From Lama glama (Eukaryota), in the NCBI GenBank assembly GCA_028534125.1, contig CM052816.1:42720001-42784000 (forward strand): a DNA stretch of 64,000 nt, written 5' to 3'. The position numbers and the translations under genes were made by a program. Under the pieces are notes generated by a model. The model made no database searches, was not told the origin of the DNA, and saw only the letters and a list, made by a program, of their open reading frames with translations. Below, in pieces: positions 39,803 to 52,891 of this stretch. How positions within the stretch are numbered: position 1 is the first letter of the stretch; every line of letters begins with the position of its first letter.

Positions 39803-40932
39803 TCTAACTTCCCATGTAATTCCAGAGTGACCTCAGGGTTGAAAACGGCAATCTATGTTTTATATGTTGACATCTTCGTTCCTACAAAGGCCCCATGGGC
39901 CTGGGGCAGCTGAAACCCAGGAACTTTGTTCATTTACCGCAGTATACCATATAAATGCCTTTTTTTTCCCCCTATGAGACAAAACATGTATAAGATTGAG
40001 AAGCTCACATTAATGGATTTGTTTCCAGTTCTATTTCTATTCTGTTCCATATAGTTTTAGGGTGACAGTAATATTTTACAGGATAATTTCTCTTTCGACC
40101 ATTTGTTTCACTGATCCAAGCACAAATGAGCCATTTAGTTTTGACGAATCGCTTCACCAGTGATAATAAAATATATTTGGATTTATTATAATTATTATGT
40201 ATATAATATAATTATTATAATTTATGTTATCTATTATAATTTATGTTATCTGTTAGCTGTCCCATAGTGTTTTATGGTTTATAAGGTTTGCCATTTTAAT
40301 AAAAGTACTTCTTTTTTGCTTTGGCATAATCCGGCATTAAAATAAGACGCATCTTAGATCCACCAACCTTAAGTCTGATTTTGAGTTGATTGGAGACCTC
40401 AGTATATGCATTTATACATACAAAGCAGAATAAGAGAGAAATCCAAAATTTTCTCTTATCTCTACCTAAAGTATTAATGTGATTGGTCATGTGAAATTAT
40501 GAAATGCTTGGAAAGCTTTAGTGGGAGGCAGAATAAACTACTTCCCTCCACCTCTGCACATAGCTGAACGCAGGCGCACAGCCTAGATGGCACAGGCATG
40601 CACGTGAGTTAACAGCAGGAACCCATAAAGTTCATTTGAAAGTCATTATAGTTCAGAATTAAATTCATGATTCCTACTGTCATTTTCCTTTTCTTGCCTT
40701 CCTTCCCTCCCTCTCTGCCTCCACCTCTTTTTTTCTCTGCAGTAGAGCAGTTCCATGCAGTGTGGGCAATACTCCCACAAAGTTCTACTTGAGGATATTT
40801 AGGGGCTGTTTCTACTTCTCTCCTTGGAATCAGTTTGTGTCTTCTGTTTCTTCCTCCATTTGTTCTTTCAGCCTTCCTTTTCCTACTAGTGACACCCAGT
40901 GGTAGCCCTGGCCTGAGTTTTGTTCCCAGTCA

Positions 40933-41344
40933 CCAAAACCAGCTTTTCCTTTGTGATCTCGTCCCTCAATATCTTTGTCTATGAATAGTTTCAAATGTCC
41001 CTTCTCACCTTTGTGAGCCCTCTGCTCTAAACATCAAGCTGTTTCTAGGCAAGCTTTTCTGAGACCAAGCCTTTCCTCTCAGAAAGTTTCAAAATCTGCC
41101 TTCAATCCTAAGCCAAAGTCTGTCTTGTGAGCTAGTGAAAACATTCGTGTGTTGCTAGTTTCACTACAGGGAGATTTGAAGAATATCTACCAATCTGGAT
41201 TTCCTACTCCTTCAGACCAGGAAAGGGTGATAACATTGCCTGACGTTCAGAGCAGGGAGCTCCCAAAAGTGAAAAGGAACATTTGAAACTATTCATAGAC
41301 AAAGATATTGAGGGGCAAGATCACAAAGGAAAAGCTGGTTTTGG
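40933..41344. repeat. Long inverted repeat: 107-bp arms (40933-41039, 41238-41344), 198-bp spacer
   Basis: Hand alignment of left arm to reverse complement of right arm: 96/107 identical, no gaps. Confidence 0.95.
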
Positions 41345-42799
41345 CTTCCATTAGGCCATTGGGATTATGATCATGAGAAAGTGAGGATGGCTTTAAATAC
41401 CACCTATCTGCTTATGACTCTTAACTGGAGATCTACACAACAGTCATTTGTGTGCATGCCAGCATAATATTCCTACCTGGGTATTTTGACATAAACAGTG
41501 GTGTTCACCAAACATCCCATCTCCTACCTCACATTTCCCAGCCCCACTTACAGTCAGTTCAGGCCTCGTGACTAGTTTTGACTTGTGGGTTGTGGGTAAA
41601 AGTACAGTGTGTCATTCCCAGACTGAAGCACAGAAGAACAGATATGAGACCTTGGCAGTTGTGTCTTTTTCACAACAGTTGACTTTCTAGATGGTGCCTT
41701 CATCAGCCTGGGGCCCTGAGTGACTGTGTGGAACAGAGACCAGCATCCCCTCAACTCACCGCTTCCATCAAGCCATACAAGTCATGTAACTTAAGTGAGA
41801 AATAGGAACCCAGGCTTTCTGGCTCAAGTGTATACTGCATTGAAGGTGGGCTCTCTATAGGGTCAAGGTCTTCACATCACTTGTGAGCAGCATATTGAGT
41901 CTTGAACACAGTGGCTGACTTCACCCCCCTTTTGTTAGAGAATTGATTAGGTTCGTGCAACTTGCTTACAGGAAGGATGCCCCAGTATTTCTCATCTTCT
42001 CTCCTGGGATATCACCTGTGCACATTTCTGTCTCTGCTGTTGGTGCTTTCAAATCTGGTTTCCTCAGGTCTTAGGGAGCAAGAATACCTCTGCCATGTGC
42101 TTTTCAAGGCACTGCCATTTCTCAGGTTGGATGTCCCAGGCTTTGCATGGTGACATGTGCCTTCAATGCTTCAGTCCTCTCTGCTGTGCACTGTTCCTTC
42201 TAGGAAGGCTTGGCCTAGTTTCTGACAGTTTAACTTGCTTCTTCCATTGAGCTCTTTCTTCTCTGCCACATGCACTGTGTGCCAGACTCAGTGCTTTCCT
42301 TGCTTCCTTTTACTTCCTTCTGTTTTCTAGCCCAGACTTTTTTTCCCCCTCAATCTGCACAAATAATGCGCTGCACAAAAATGACTTGTACTTTAGTTGG
42401 CTGATCCAATAGGAAATAACTTTCCATCAGATCAACACCTAAGCCAGCCCTGGACCTGCTCTGTCATTGTCCAGCCTGGCTTTACTTTTGTTTGTGTCAT
42501 CTTGGCTGTGCCTTCTCTGGAGCTCTAACTCAACACTTTTTTCTTACTTGTTCCTTTAAGGTATAGACATTACCAATACCTACAACTACAATTCCTGGAT
42601 CACTTTCAAACTCACCCTTAATACCTTGAGTATTTTATCCTAATGATTCTAGTTTCCACCACCTTAAAACTGTCTAAATTTCTGTAACTACTCGTCATAT
42701 CTTCCTGAGTCTTCAAGGAGGTTATTCTAATGGACTAACCCTGAAGATGGAGTTATAAAGTCCATATGTGACTGCTAGAGGCCTGTGTGTGTTTGTGTG

Positions 42800-43505
42800 T
42801 GTGTGTGTGTGTTGGAGGTGGGGACAATTCCCAAAGAAAGGGTTATTATGAAGAGGGCAGAGGCTCAGAAAAGGGGTCCACTATGGGAGTCATTTTACAC
42901 ATTAACGTGTTGAAGGCTCTGAGAGCTAATGGTATAAAGAAACCTTGTTGGGAAGAAAGGAATAAATTAAAAAGTACCATGAGGACATATTCAGAAAAAT
43001 TCAGAATGTGGGATATCTTCCAAGGCAACTAGCTTGGTTTCTTCAAAAACACAATATCTTTTCTAAAAGGTCAGGGAGGATGTTTTAAAACAAAAGAAAC
43101 TAAAGAGACGTATGATCAAATGCAATTTGTGGACTGTAATTAGACTTCAGTTCAAAAGAACAAAAATCTGTTCAAGTTATATCGAGGACAAAAGGGGAAA
43201 TTTGAATCTGGACTGCATGTTAGGTGATACAGGGGAATTATTGTTAATTTTCTGAAGTATGATAATGCTTTTGTGGTTATGCAAAAATGTCTTAGGAGAT
43301 GCACACTCAAGTATTCAGAGGTGAGGTGTAATGATGGCATAACGTCTGCAAATAATTTTCAGGTTATTCAAAAACAATGACAAAAATATGTCTAAAAGCA
43401 AAGATGGCAGAATGTTAACAACTGTTGAATCTCAGTGGTGAATATGTGGGTGTACTTCTGTGTTGTTCTTCATGTTTTCTGTCTATTTTATAAAAAGTAA
43501 AAAAG
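42800..43505 (+). mobile_element. Old L1M 3'UTR relic
   Basis: ttattgttaattttct...ggttatg...ggagatgcacact..agtatt...gcagaatgttaacaact motifs ending A-rich. Confidence 0.65.
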
Positions 43506-44064
43506 AAAAGAGGGAAACCTATTTAACCTAGTGTTCCAAACATTTAACTATGAAACTCTTCTTTTCCTTTGTAATATATTAATATGGAAGCATCTGCTGC
43601 TTCACCAAGTATACTTGGGCATGCTGGCCTAGGGGAGGTTCTCAGTGGCTACATTAGAAAAATAGACTATGATGATAAATGCTTAGTGAAGAGTAAACAT
43701 CTTTTTAAAAATTCAAAATATACTGAAAAAAACTCCATCCAGCTAACTGAGGAAATGTTTGCTGTATCATTTACAATGGGGCCATTCTAATACTCTCAAC
43801 AGTGGTGTGACTTCTTCGGCCAGAGGAATGAAGGTCACAGCTCGAATAGTGACTCTTAAATGTCTAGTATGTGTTACCCAAATCCTTTCTCTTAGTGTAA
43901 CCCCCCCACACACAGGCTAAAGTTTCAATCATCTGTATTCTTCTGTGCTTAAAGAATTAGATGAAATGATAGCTCTCTTAGAGCACTTTCAGGAAGAGAA
44001 ACAAATTTGCAAGTATAATTGACACTTCTTAATAGGGATGAAGTTATAAGGAGACCTCATAGTT

Positions 44065-44472
44065 TCTTTTGACAGCTACTTATATGTCAACTTGACTGGG
44101 CCATGGGGTTGTTTCTGAGTGTGCCTGTGAGGGTGTTTCTAGATGATGTTAATGTTTGAATTGGTAGACTCAGTAAAGCAGATTGTATTCCCTAAGGGGG
44201 TGGGCATCACCCAATCCATCGAGGGCCTGAAATAGAACAAAAAGGTGGAGGAAAAGAGAATTCACTCTCTCTGTTTGACTGTTGGGCTTGGATATCAGTC
44301 TCCTCTGACTCTTGAGCTAGAACTACGCCACCAACCCTCCTGGGTCTCTTTCCTGCACATGGCAGACGGTGGGACTGCTCAGCTTCTATAGTCACTTGGG
44401 CCAATTCCTGTTAATGAGTTTCTCTCTCCCTCTCTCTCTCTCTCTGTTTCTCTGGAGAGCTCTGACTAATGC
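44065..44472. mobile_element. MLT2 (ERVL) solo LTR
   Basis: tatgtcaacttgactgggcca...gtttgaattggtagactcagtaaagcagattg...tgtttctctggagagc.ctgactaat signature. Confidence 0.85.
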
Positions 44473-44950
44473 GTTTCTTATATGCATTTGCATGCCTTTA
44501 GAGAAAAGAGAAAACAGCAATTCAAACTGATCAAACAGCAAGGGAATGTGTTATTTCACGTAAGATCTGAGATTGGATGGTTCAGACTTTGGTTATTTCA
44601 GCTGCTCAGCCACATCATCTAAGACTTGGGTTTTTCACCTTTCCACCATTCCAGCCTTAAGATGTTGGCCTTCTCTTAAGGTTATCTTCCCTCTGTGGTT
44701 GCAAGATAGCCATTAGAGCTTAGGTCACATCCACAAACTATAACATCCAGAGAGGAGGAATTGCCTCTACTGGTATCTACTATTTAAGGTTATAAAACCT
44801 TTGCCAGTAGCCCCCAGAGCCCTTACCTCTAGTTTCATTGTCCAAAACCAATCAACTAGCAGGAGGAATGTTAATTACCATGGTTGTCTTAGATATATAC
44901 CCCAGAAATGGGGATATCTTCCCCATTATAGAGTTATCTTCCTTGGTGAA

Positions 44951-45518
44951 TGATGGGGCAGTTTTAAAATATGATAGCAAATTATTTGACACCTCTTCCA
45001 TTAGAAGGTAGGGTTTATGCTCTCTGCCTTTGAATCTGGGCAGGTTTGTGACTGCTTTAACCACTAGAGTACCGAGGACATGCTTCTGTGTGACTTCTGA
45101 GGCAAGGCCATACAGAGCCATGTGGCTTCCACTTGTTCACTAGAACACTTGCTTTTGAAAACTTGAGCTGCCTTAGGAGAAGTCTGACTACTCTAAGGCT
45201 GTCATGAAGTGGGAAAGCCACAGCCACATGGAGGGCAGTATGTAGGCACTCTGGTCAGTATTCCTGGTGAGTCTAGCTTTTGAATATCCCAGCCAAGACA
45301 TCAGACATATGAGTAAAGAAGCTGCTCCCAGGTGATTTCTAGCCCTCAGTCATTTGAATCTTCCTCATTAAGGCCCAAGATATCATAGAACAGAAACAAG
45401 CCAGCCCTATTATACTCTTTCCCAATTCAGACCCACAGAATCCACGCACATAATAATTGGTGGTTATTTGACACAAGGTTGGAGATAGTTTGTTGCACAG
45501 CAATAGATAACTGGAACA
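44951..45518. mobile_element. MLT1 (MaLR) solo LTR, apparently nested in an older LTR relic (about 44500-45600)
   Basis: ctttgaatctgggcagg..tgtgactgcttt...cccaattcagacccacagaatcc...tttgttgcacagcaatagataactggaaca. Confidence 0.8.
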
Positions 45519-45929
45519 TGGTGATCCTGAACACAATCAGGATTCCTCTACCAAGGCAAGAGAATACTAGATGTTAATGTGGGTGACCAAGGGCCTGCCA
45601 CATTTTGGATGCCTGCTCCTGTATTGATGTCCATGAACATGAGGGTCCTCTAACACACTCAACCTTCAGATTGGAAAAAAAAAAGTATTTCCTGAGATTA
45701 AATGACTTCCTTTGGGGAAAATAAAACACATATCCCACAGGCACGATTTGGCTCAGACATCACCCAAAGTCCCTCCTCAAGCCTGTAAAGAGTTTCACAT
45801 TCTATGCTTGACTCCACCTAAATTCACACAACCCTCACCCCCCACCCCACACTAGAAACACAGAGAGCCTCTGGAACAGAAAACTGAAGAGCAAAACCAC
45901 CCCCTAGTCTAATTTAGTACAACCTCAAA

Positions 45930-48900
45930 ATATTAGTAGAGGTAAAGACTAATTTGCTGTAATAAATAGACTCCCAAAATTCAGTGGCTTAAAGAAGACA
46001 GAAATTTATTTCTCTCATATAACCTTCTGACCTGTTTAGGTTGTCTGTGCCCCACAAGATCCTGAAGGAACCTCTAAGATGTCCTCATCTGATCATTGTC
46101 ACATCATGTCCTCCAGCCAGTTGGAAGGGGAAAGAGAGCATGGAGGAGCCCAAGCCCTATGTCTTAAGGCCCAAGTCTGGAAGCCACACGTGACACTTTT
46201 GCTCACATTCAGTCACGAAGAACATATCACATAGCTGTAAATAACTGCAAAGGAGACTGGGAAATGTAGTCTCTGTCCCAGCAGCCACATAAAAAGGACT
46301 TTGGTGTACAGCTGGCCATCTCCTCCATTTCCAAAAGTGAGTTCTTTTCTTGGACAGTCTGGAGGATGAAATGATGAAACTCTCTGGCATAATTGTATAC
46401 TGTTTTTCTAGAATGCATTTCACTCTTCAGGTAGCCTTTTTTATCCAGCACTTCCCCCCACCCCACTTGTGTGTGTTCAAGCTGGTCTTTAACAGATACA
46501 TAAGTCTGTAAAGCAAGACTTGTTTGTATCTGAGGATCAGATAGACTTCTTGGCTATTACCTATTCAGATGATGAAAAAAAAAAACCCCAAAACACCCAA
46601 ACAAATAAACAAAAAACCCCACAGCTCTGCCACTTACTAGCTGTTTGACCCTGGGCAAGTTATCCTTAGCTCCAGTTTCCTTATCTGTAAACTGGAGATG
46701 ATTATAATACATTCCTTTTAGTTGTTGTAAGGATTAAATGAATTAACACTTGTAAAGTGCCAGGCGTCATAGAAATTATTTAATAAATTTTAGCTATTTG
46801 TTGTGGTTCCCATTAGTTATCTTCTGGGTATTTTGTAAGGCAGACAATAGTGCTTTGCTTAATAAAACCATACCCAGAACTGCCAGGGTTTGGCAGTAGA
46901 AGGAGATCTCACCATGTGGAAAAGGGGTTAGAGCTGGGGCTCTAACTCTGTCCCTGAGCTTGGGATTCTCTCATTTCAAGTTAGTGTGAAGCCTCATCAA
47001 ATTATATGGTAAGCGATTAAATATGCCAATTTGACGTGTGGTTGGAGACTAAGACCCAGGTCTTCTGATATCTGGTCTTTTGACTCCCATTTTTAATTCA
47101 TCCAACACCACTTTACTACTCTACCCATGATTTAGTTGTCAATTGCTGCAAAACAAACCACTCAAACACTTAATGGCTGTGATTTAGTATTTCTCACAAG
47201 TCTGTTGGTTAGCTCAGCAGTTCCTCTGTTGGTCTCCCCTGGACTCACTCATGTGGGTGCATTTAGCTGGAAGGTCATCTGGGAACTAGGCCCAGCTGGA
47301 ATGGCTGAGTAGCTGGGCCTCTCTCTCCATATGATCTCTCATTCTTGGCTCCTTAGTGGTATGGTGGTCTCTAGGCACATTTTCTGAGAGGACAATTCTT
47401 GTGCATAAATGCTTATCAAGATCCTACTTGTGAGAGATTGTCAAAACAGGTCACGTGCCCAAACCCAGATTCTGTGGGAAAAGATTACACGAGGGATGGA
47501 TATCAGAAGACTGATTCACGAGGGCCATTAAATAATAATCTACCTCAGCACATTGTAGGGTTGTCACTTCCAAATCTGGCTATAGAAAATACAGCAATAG
47601 TTGCTGCTAAGTTCTCACCCAAAAGCTAAACGTTATATGAAATATAGTACTTTGTACATGATAGAGCTTTAATAAATAAATATCAAAATGAAAGAATAAT
47701 TCATTAAAATTACCAATGGCAAGAATTTGAAATAATGTACTGTAACATTAATAATTACAGGTTGAGATTCCTCAACAAAGTCTTTACCATAAAAATTACA
47801 GTTCTTCATGGAATATAAAATTTTAAAATATAAGAGTTACGTCTTTGATTTTCTTCCATCTGCCACACTATGCCCAATACAGATCCTCAATACCTACTGG
47901 CTGATGGATTAAATTACAGTACACTTGGAATGTTTCCTATTTCTTTGATAAAAACATGCAGTAAGCTAAAATGAAACACTTTTTCTTGCCAAATTTCAAT
48001 TAGAGGCTGCTGCTTGCTGCTACAAATAAGAGAAAAATCCAGCTTTACTGCCTTAAGCAATAAGAAAATGTATTGGCTTATTTAACAGGACATCCAGTAG
48101 ATGTGCCTCAGTGGTGTTTAATGTGACAGCTCAGTGAGGTCATTAAGGACCTGTGTTCTTTCATCCTCCACTCTGCCATATCTACGGTATTGGCTTCATA
48201 TTATGACTGGTGCCCCTCATGGTGAAAGGTGGGCTGCCAGCAGCCAGCAGCACTACATGCTCCCTCATTTACCTTCAGTGGGAGAGACGTGGAGAGAACA
48301 TGCTGGCTCCCATGGCTCTCTCAGAAGAGTTTAGGACTTCCTTGCTAGATGCCCAACAACCCTACCCCCAATCTCATTGGTCTTAACTGGATCACATGGT
48401 TCTTTCTGAGTGGGACATGGTGGTAAGGAGGGGTGGAATTACTTTGATGTGTTTAGACTAATTAGGGCCCAGTCTTAGAGTGGGAGAGGGGTCAGCTTCC
48501 CTCAAAGCATTTGTTCACAAGAGGCATAGATAACCAATAAGAATCTAAGAACTGTTAGAAAAGGGGAAATGGATGTAAGGAAGGCAACTGACAATTATTG
48601 TAGGCATTCTACCTTCTATAAGGCCTAACTTCCCTGTCACTATGTAGCACCATTTGGTGCATTAATCTTTCATAGACTCCCCAAGACCTCTTGCTTCCCT
48701 TCATGTAATACTACTCAGCTGTATTTTATCCCTCACAACCCAGAGTTAAAGAATAACAGTAGCTATAATATATTGAGTACCAGGTGACTCTGAAGAGACA
48801 AGCTGACCAGAATCCCCTCCCCACCAATCAAGTATTTTACATACATTAATACTATGAAATTGATAACATAAACCCCATTTTATTGTTGAGAAAACCAAGA

Positions 48901-50640
48901 CTCAAAAAGATTCAGCAAAGAGCCTAAAGTCACACAGCTACTGAATAGTAGAGAAGAAATTCAAGTCCAGGTCTTTAGGCTCCAAAGACTGTGTTCTTTT
49001 CATTATATTATACTGTCTCCCAACTCAGAAAAACATGTTTAACTTAATTGGACTATTCATTGTTATTAGTATTTTATTAATACATTCCCTTCAATCAAGT
49101 CAGAACATTTTAGGAATGGAAGAGAAACTCCTCAAATTTTCTACTTTCTTTCATACTTCCTAGGAAGTTGCTTAGAAAAAAATGTTTTAAATCTATCTCC
49201 TCTTCCACAAATGAGCTAGACTATTCTATTTTTAGTAAATGATTTATAGCTAGTTGTGGCTTTAGTTATATTCCTGGCTGTTTTCTACATACTTTGTTTA
49301 AAATTATGTAATAGGTCATGTTTACTTATTTTAGCTATATGTTACGGTATGGCTAGTTCTTTTTAAAAAAAATATAGAATTATTTCTATTTAGTCTTTAA
49401 AGTTCTTGTGGTGACCTTTACATTGGTGTCTATGTGAATAGCGCCCCCTGGAGTCCTGCAGTCTAGACTTGCTGCAGCAGCTTGGTTAAAATCTAACTCC
49501 GTGGGTGAGGGGGTGTTGTTTGATTTCTTTTAAACTCCAAGTATGTGATTTAGCTTCTCTTCTAGTAATATCCTGTTTGGGTGACACCTAGAAAAGAGAT
49601 CAAGTTCAGGGTCAACGGCTCATTTACCTTTCCTGTGAAATTTAAATGGTATGTCCTACTCTAGCAGGATCTAAATTAAGAATAACCTTTGGAGGCTTTC
49701 TTGATTGGGGCAGAACTGAATCTCTGAGTTGTCTATACCAATGTAGGTTTCTGGAATCGATGCTGATTCTGAGAGGATGCTTCAAATTTCTTAACTTACA
49801 AATGCCACCAGCGATGGGAACCAGGTCACCTAGATCTACTTTCAAGTTTCAGATTTGGTTAAAATTAGAGAAAGTTTCTTGGTTATAGAAGAAAAGCACT
49901 TTAGTATGAATTGGGCTTCAGCAAATCTTCCACAAAAGCTAGGGAAAATGCAGTTTAATTGTATTTAAAATTAACTACTTGAATTGGCATTCTGTTTTTT
50001 TGACCCAGATGGAAATGTCTCAGAATTTCTAGATGGCAATCAGCTGGAAATCTTTAATAGACTGTAAAAATCAATCTCTAAATAATTTTGCAGTTGTGTA
50101 AGGGTTTAGTCTTGTGCTCTCAACAAGCATTTCTTTTTTTTCCTTTCCTGATAGAAAAAATGAGAATCTCATTTTTCATCTCTTCCCCATGCAACTCATA
50201 TCTTCAGTTCCAGGTCCAAGCTCATCATGGTGGCCCCATTTCCTTTGCAGTGATACATCTGGATGTGGAAATAATATAATTCTAGCCAGTGAACCATGCG
50301 GTAAAGTCTGTCAACGACTTCTAAGAAATGTTTTTTCATTCTTATAAAGAGCGAAAAAAAAAAAAAAAGAGAGAAAGTCTTCTTCTGGACATTGTCATGT
50401 TTGAATATGATACCCAGAACTACAGCATCCATTTTGTGACCTCAAGGGGAACTAATGTCAAGCCCACCAACTCAGGATGGCAGAATAGAAAGAGGAAAAG
50501 GATTTAGATCCTTAGTTATGAAGTGAGACTATTCAGTTAACCAACTCTGGAGCAGCCTTACCACCAGACTTCTTGTTATGTGAGATAATAAATTAGAGCC
50601 AGCTGAATCTGGTTTTCTGTTAGTGTGCTGTCAACTACAG
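45930..50640. mobile_element. Cluster of old MLT1-type LTR and MIR relics (about 45930-46320, 46622-46797 MIR, 47130-47555, 48000-48600, 48770-49010 MIR, 50190-50640)
   Basis: Recurring MaLR motifs (cagtggcttaaa..ca.aaatttatttctctca; cagccatttgtgac; agacttcttgttatgtgagataataa) and MIR cores. Boundaries approximate. Confidence 0.6.
49437..49456 (-). promoter_or_regulatory. Candidate CTCF site
   Basis: Minus strand reads ACTCCAGGGGGCGCTATT, close to the CTCF core CCASYAGRKGGCRS; CpG retained in AT-rich context. Confidence 0.6.
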
Positions 50641-51496
50641 AAAACAGAAAATCTGACTCAACTGGCTTAAATTATCTCAGTTGAGAGCATTCTGACTGCT
50701 ACATTACAGGTTATGTTTTGAGGTCTCTCTGAGCTTCTGCCTTGATCTTTGCCTCTAGGTATCCCCCTTTTAGTTGTTCCTTCATACCATTATTGGAATG
50801 ACCTGTCCAAAATTCAAATTTGATCATATTACAACCCTGGTTAAATCTTTCAAAGGCTACTTTTGGCTTTCTTGGTGTGATATACAGACTCTTCTTCACT
50901 AGGTCCATGTTGGATTTCTCTCACATATCCCATCAGGTCAGACCCCACTAGTACCCTAATGCTAGATATTTCAAGTATTGCCATTCCTTGACCATGCTTT
51001 GTTCTCTCTCACATATGCTCTACAAATGCTATTCCCAATTGCATAGAACTCCCTTCCCTATCTGATGGGTTATACCCACCCCACCTCCTTGTCTCCCAAG
51101 GTTGTCATATGTTCTTTTTCAGTGCTCTGACACCCTAACTGGAACCCTATTAAAGCACATCCGACACTGGTATATTTGCCAGATTGTCTCCTAGGGATGA
51201 TTATCAGGTCTTTGAGGGCAAGATGTTTCTTATTCATCTTAGCATCTCAATGCCTAGCACATTGCTTGGCATGAAATAAGCAAGTATTCAATGTTATTAA
51301 TGAATAAAAATAATGTTGTAACCCTGATTTGGGTATATAAAACACTTATGTTCTTTTTGCTTTAGGTGACTTATTCTAGGTATGTTGCACACCATAGCAT
51401 CCTCAGCAGGGTAGAGGGTGTAAGAGAGGAAAGAAAATTGATACTGAAACAGTTTTGGACAAAATTTTGGAGAAGGGTAAGCCAAGCTGAATGAAG

Positions 51497-51552
51497 ATTT
51501 CTTTTTGTAAACTGACTATAACTCAATTTAAAAAAAAATTTCTTTTTGTAAA
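51497..51552 (+). mobile_element. Ultra-short L1 3' tail insertion with 15-bp target-site duplication
   Basis: ATTTCTTTTTGTAAA at 51497-51511 and 51538-51552 flanking CTGACTATAACTCAATTTAAAAAAAA. Confidence 0.8.
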
Positions 51553-52339
51553 TCGTTTATCCATTCTATTTGTGCAGTGACTCATGATGAATTGTTCAAC
51601 AAGTGTGTGTTGTGTGCCTACTGTGTATCAAACATAAAGAGTTTGGGATGTATCAGTGAACAAAACGAAGTCCTCAGAGAGCTTTGGCTTGACAAGTGCA
51701 CTTCACCAGTCTATTTCCCCTTTCTGCATCTTTGTCCTGCATTTGTTCAGGAACAGGAAACACTATCATGGAAAGCTTGCAGATTCTCAGCTGAAAGACA
51801 CTGGTAATATTTGTTCTTAAGTGTGCTGCCACTTCTCTAGAACCAAGGACAGTTAGGAGGAGGAGGAGGTCATAGACCAAATCTGTTCCTTGACTTGGTT
51901 CTCAGCAATCCACACCAATAGGCATTACCTTTGTTTGTAAAAAAAAAGGGAGTTTTATATATACATGCAGTAGTGGGAGGTTGCAGCTTTCTTCCTACCT
52001 GCAAATCTCCATAAAGGTCCACCTGGGAGGGTGAGCCTCGCCCACCCGCACCACCCAGGTGCTTCCCTTTTCTAGTTTGCTGGGGATTTTGCACTGAGAG
52101 GCACCGCCTGTGCTCAGCATCTCAGCTGTAGAGGCTGGTCTGGGCACAGTGACAGTTTCCCACAGAAACTGGGCATATTTGAAAGGGACTAAGGGAAGCT
52201 TTTATGTCTCCCTCCTACAATCCCAGCTTCTACTGAAGTTGAAGCTAGGTTGGAAATAAAGGCCACACTGACTTTCTATTGAGAAAACACATAACTATGT
52301 TACAAAAAAAAAAGGGCTAATTGCTCTGTGGGAAATATT

Positions 52340-52345
52340 TTTATT
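52340..52345 (-). terminator. Candidate GPR150 polyadenylation signal
   Basis: AATAAA on minus strand about 550 nt past the stop, with T-rich downstream sequence. Confidence 0.6.
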
Positions 52346-52891
52346 TTACAAATACTCTGTGGCTCTGAAGTGACAGCGAGATTACATTTCTGACAGTATC
52401 ACTGGTACAATTTCCAGGCTCCTTCGGGAGAGCAACGTGAGGATATTCCTCTCGGATAGAAAGGCGAATTCTCTGGTCCCGAAGGTACACTTAAACATGA
52501 TCCAAAATACGTACAAACAGATATAGCAAATATTGAAAGCTTGGCAATTTAGCTAAAACAAATGATCTTATCCAGAACACTTTGGGAGCGAAAAAGAACT
52601 GCAAAAATAACTCTATAACTTTGTTTTTACAACTTCCCAGTGGCTCACTCTCTAGTCTCCAAAGGGGGAATGTGAGAAGAACTGGAAAGGAGAAAAGAAT
52701 CTGGAAGAGTGTAAAAAAATATAAACATTAGAAAGAAATATAATAGAGGAGTGGAGAACGGGGACAGCTTCAAGTGTAACACTCTTGGGGACTCTTCTGC
52801 CCATTGTGATCTAGATAGACCCCCAGCTGGCCTCGTGTTGCGTGGAGGCGGTGCCGCGGCGACAGATGACCTGCCTCTGGCCATCGAACAC

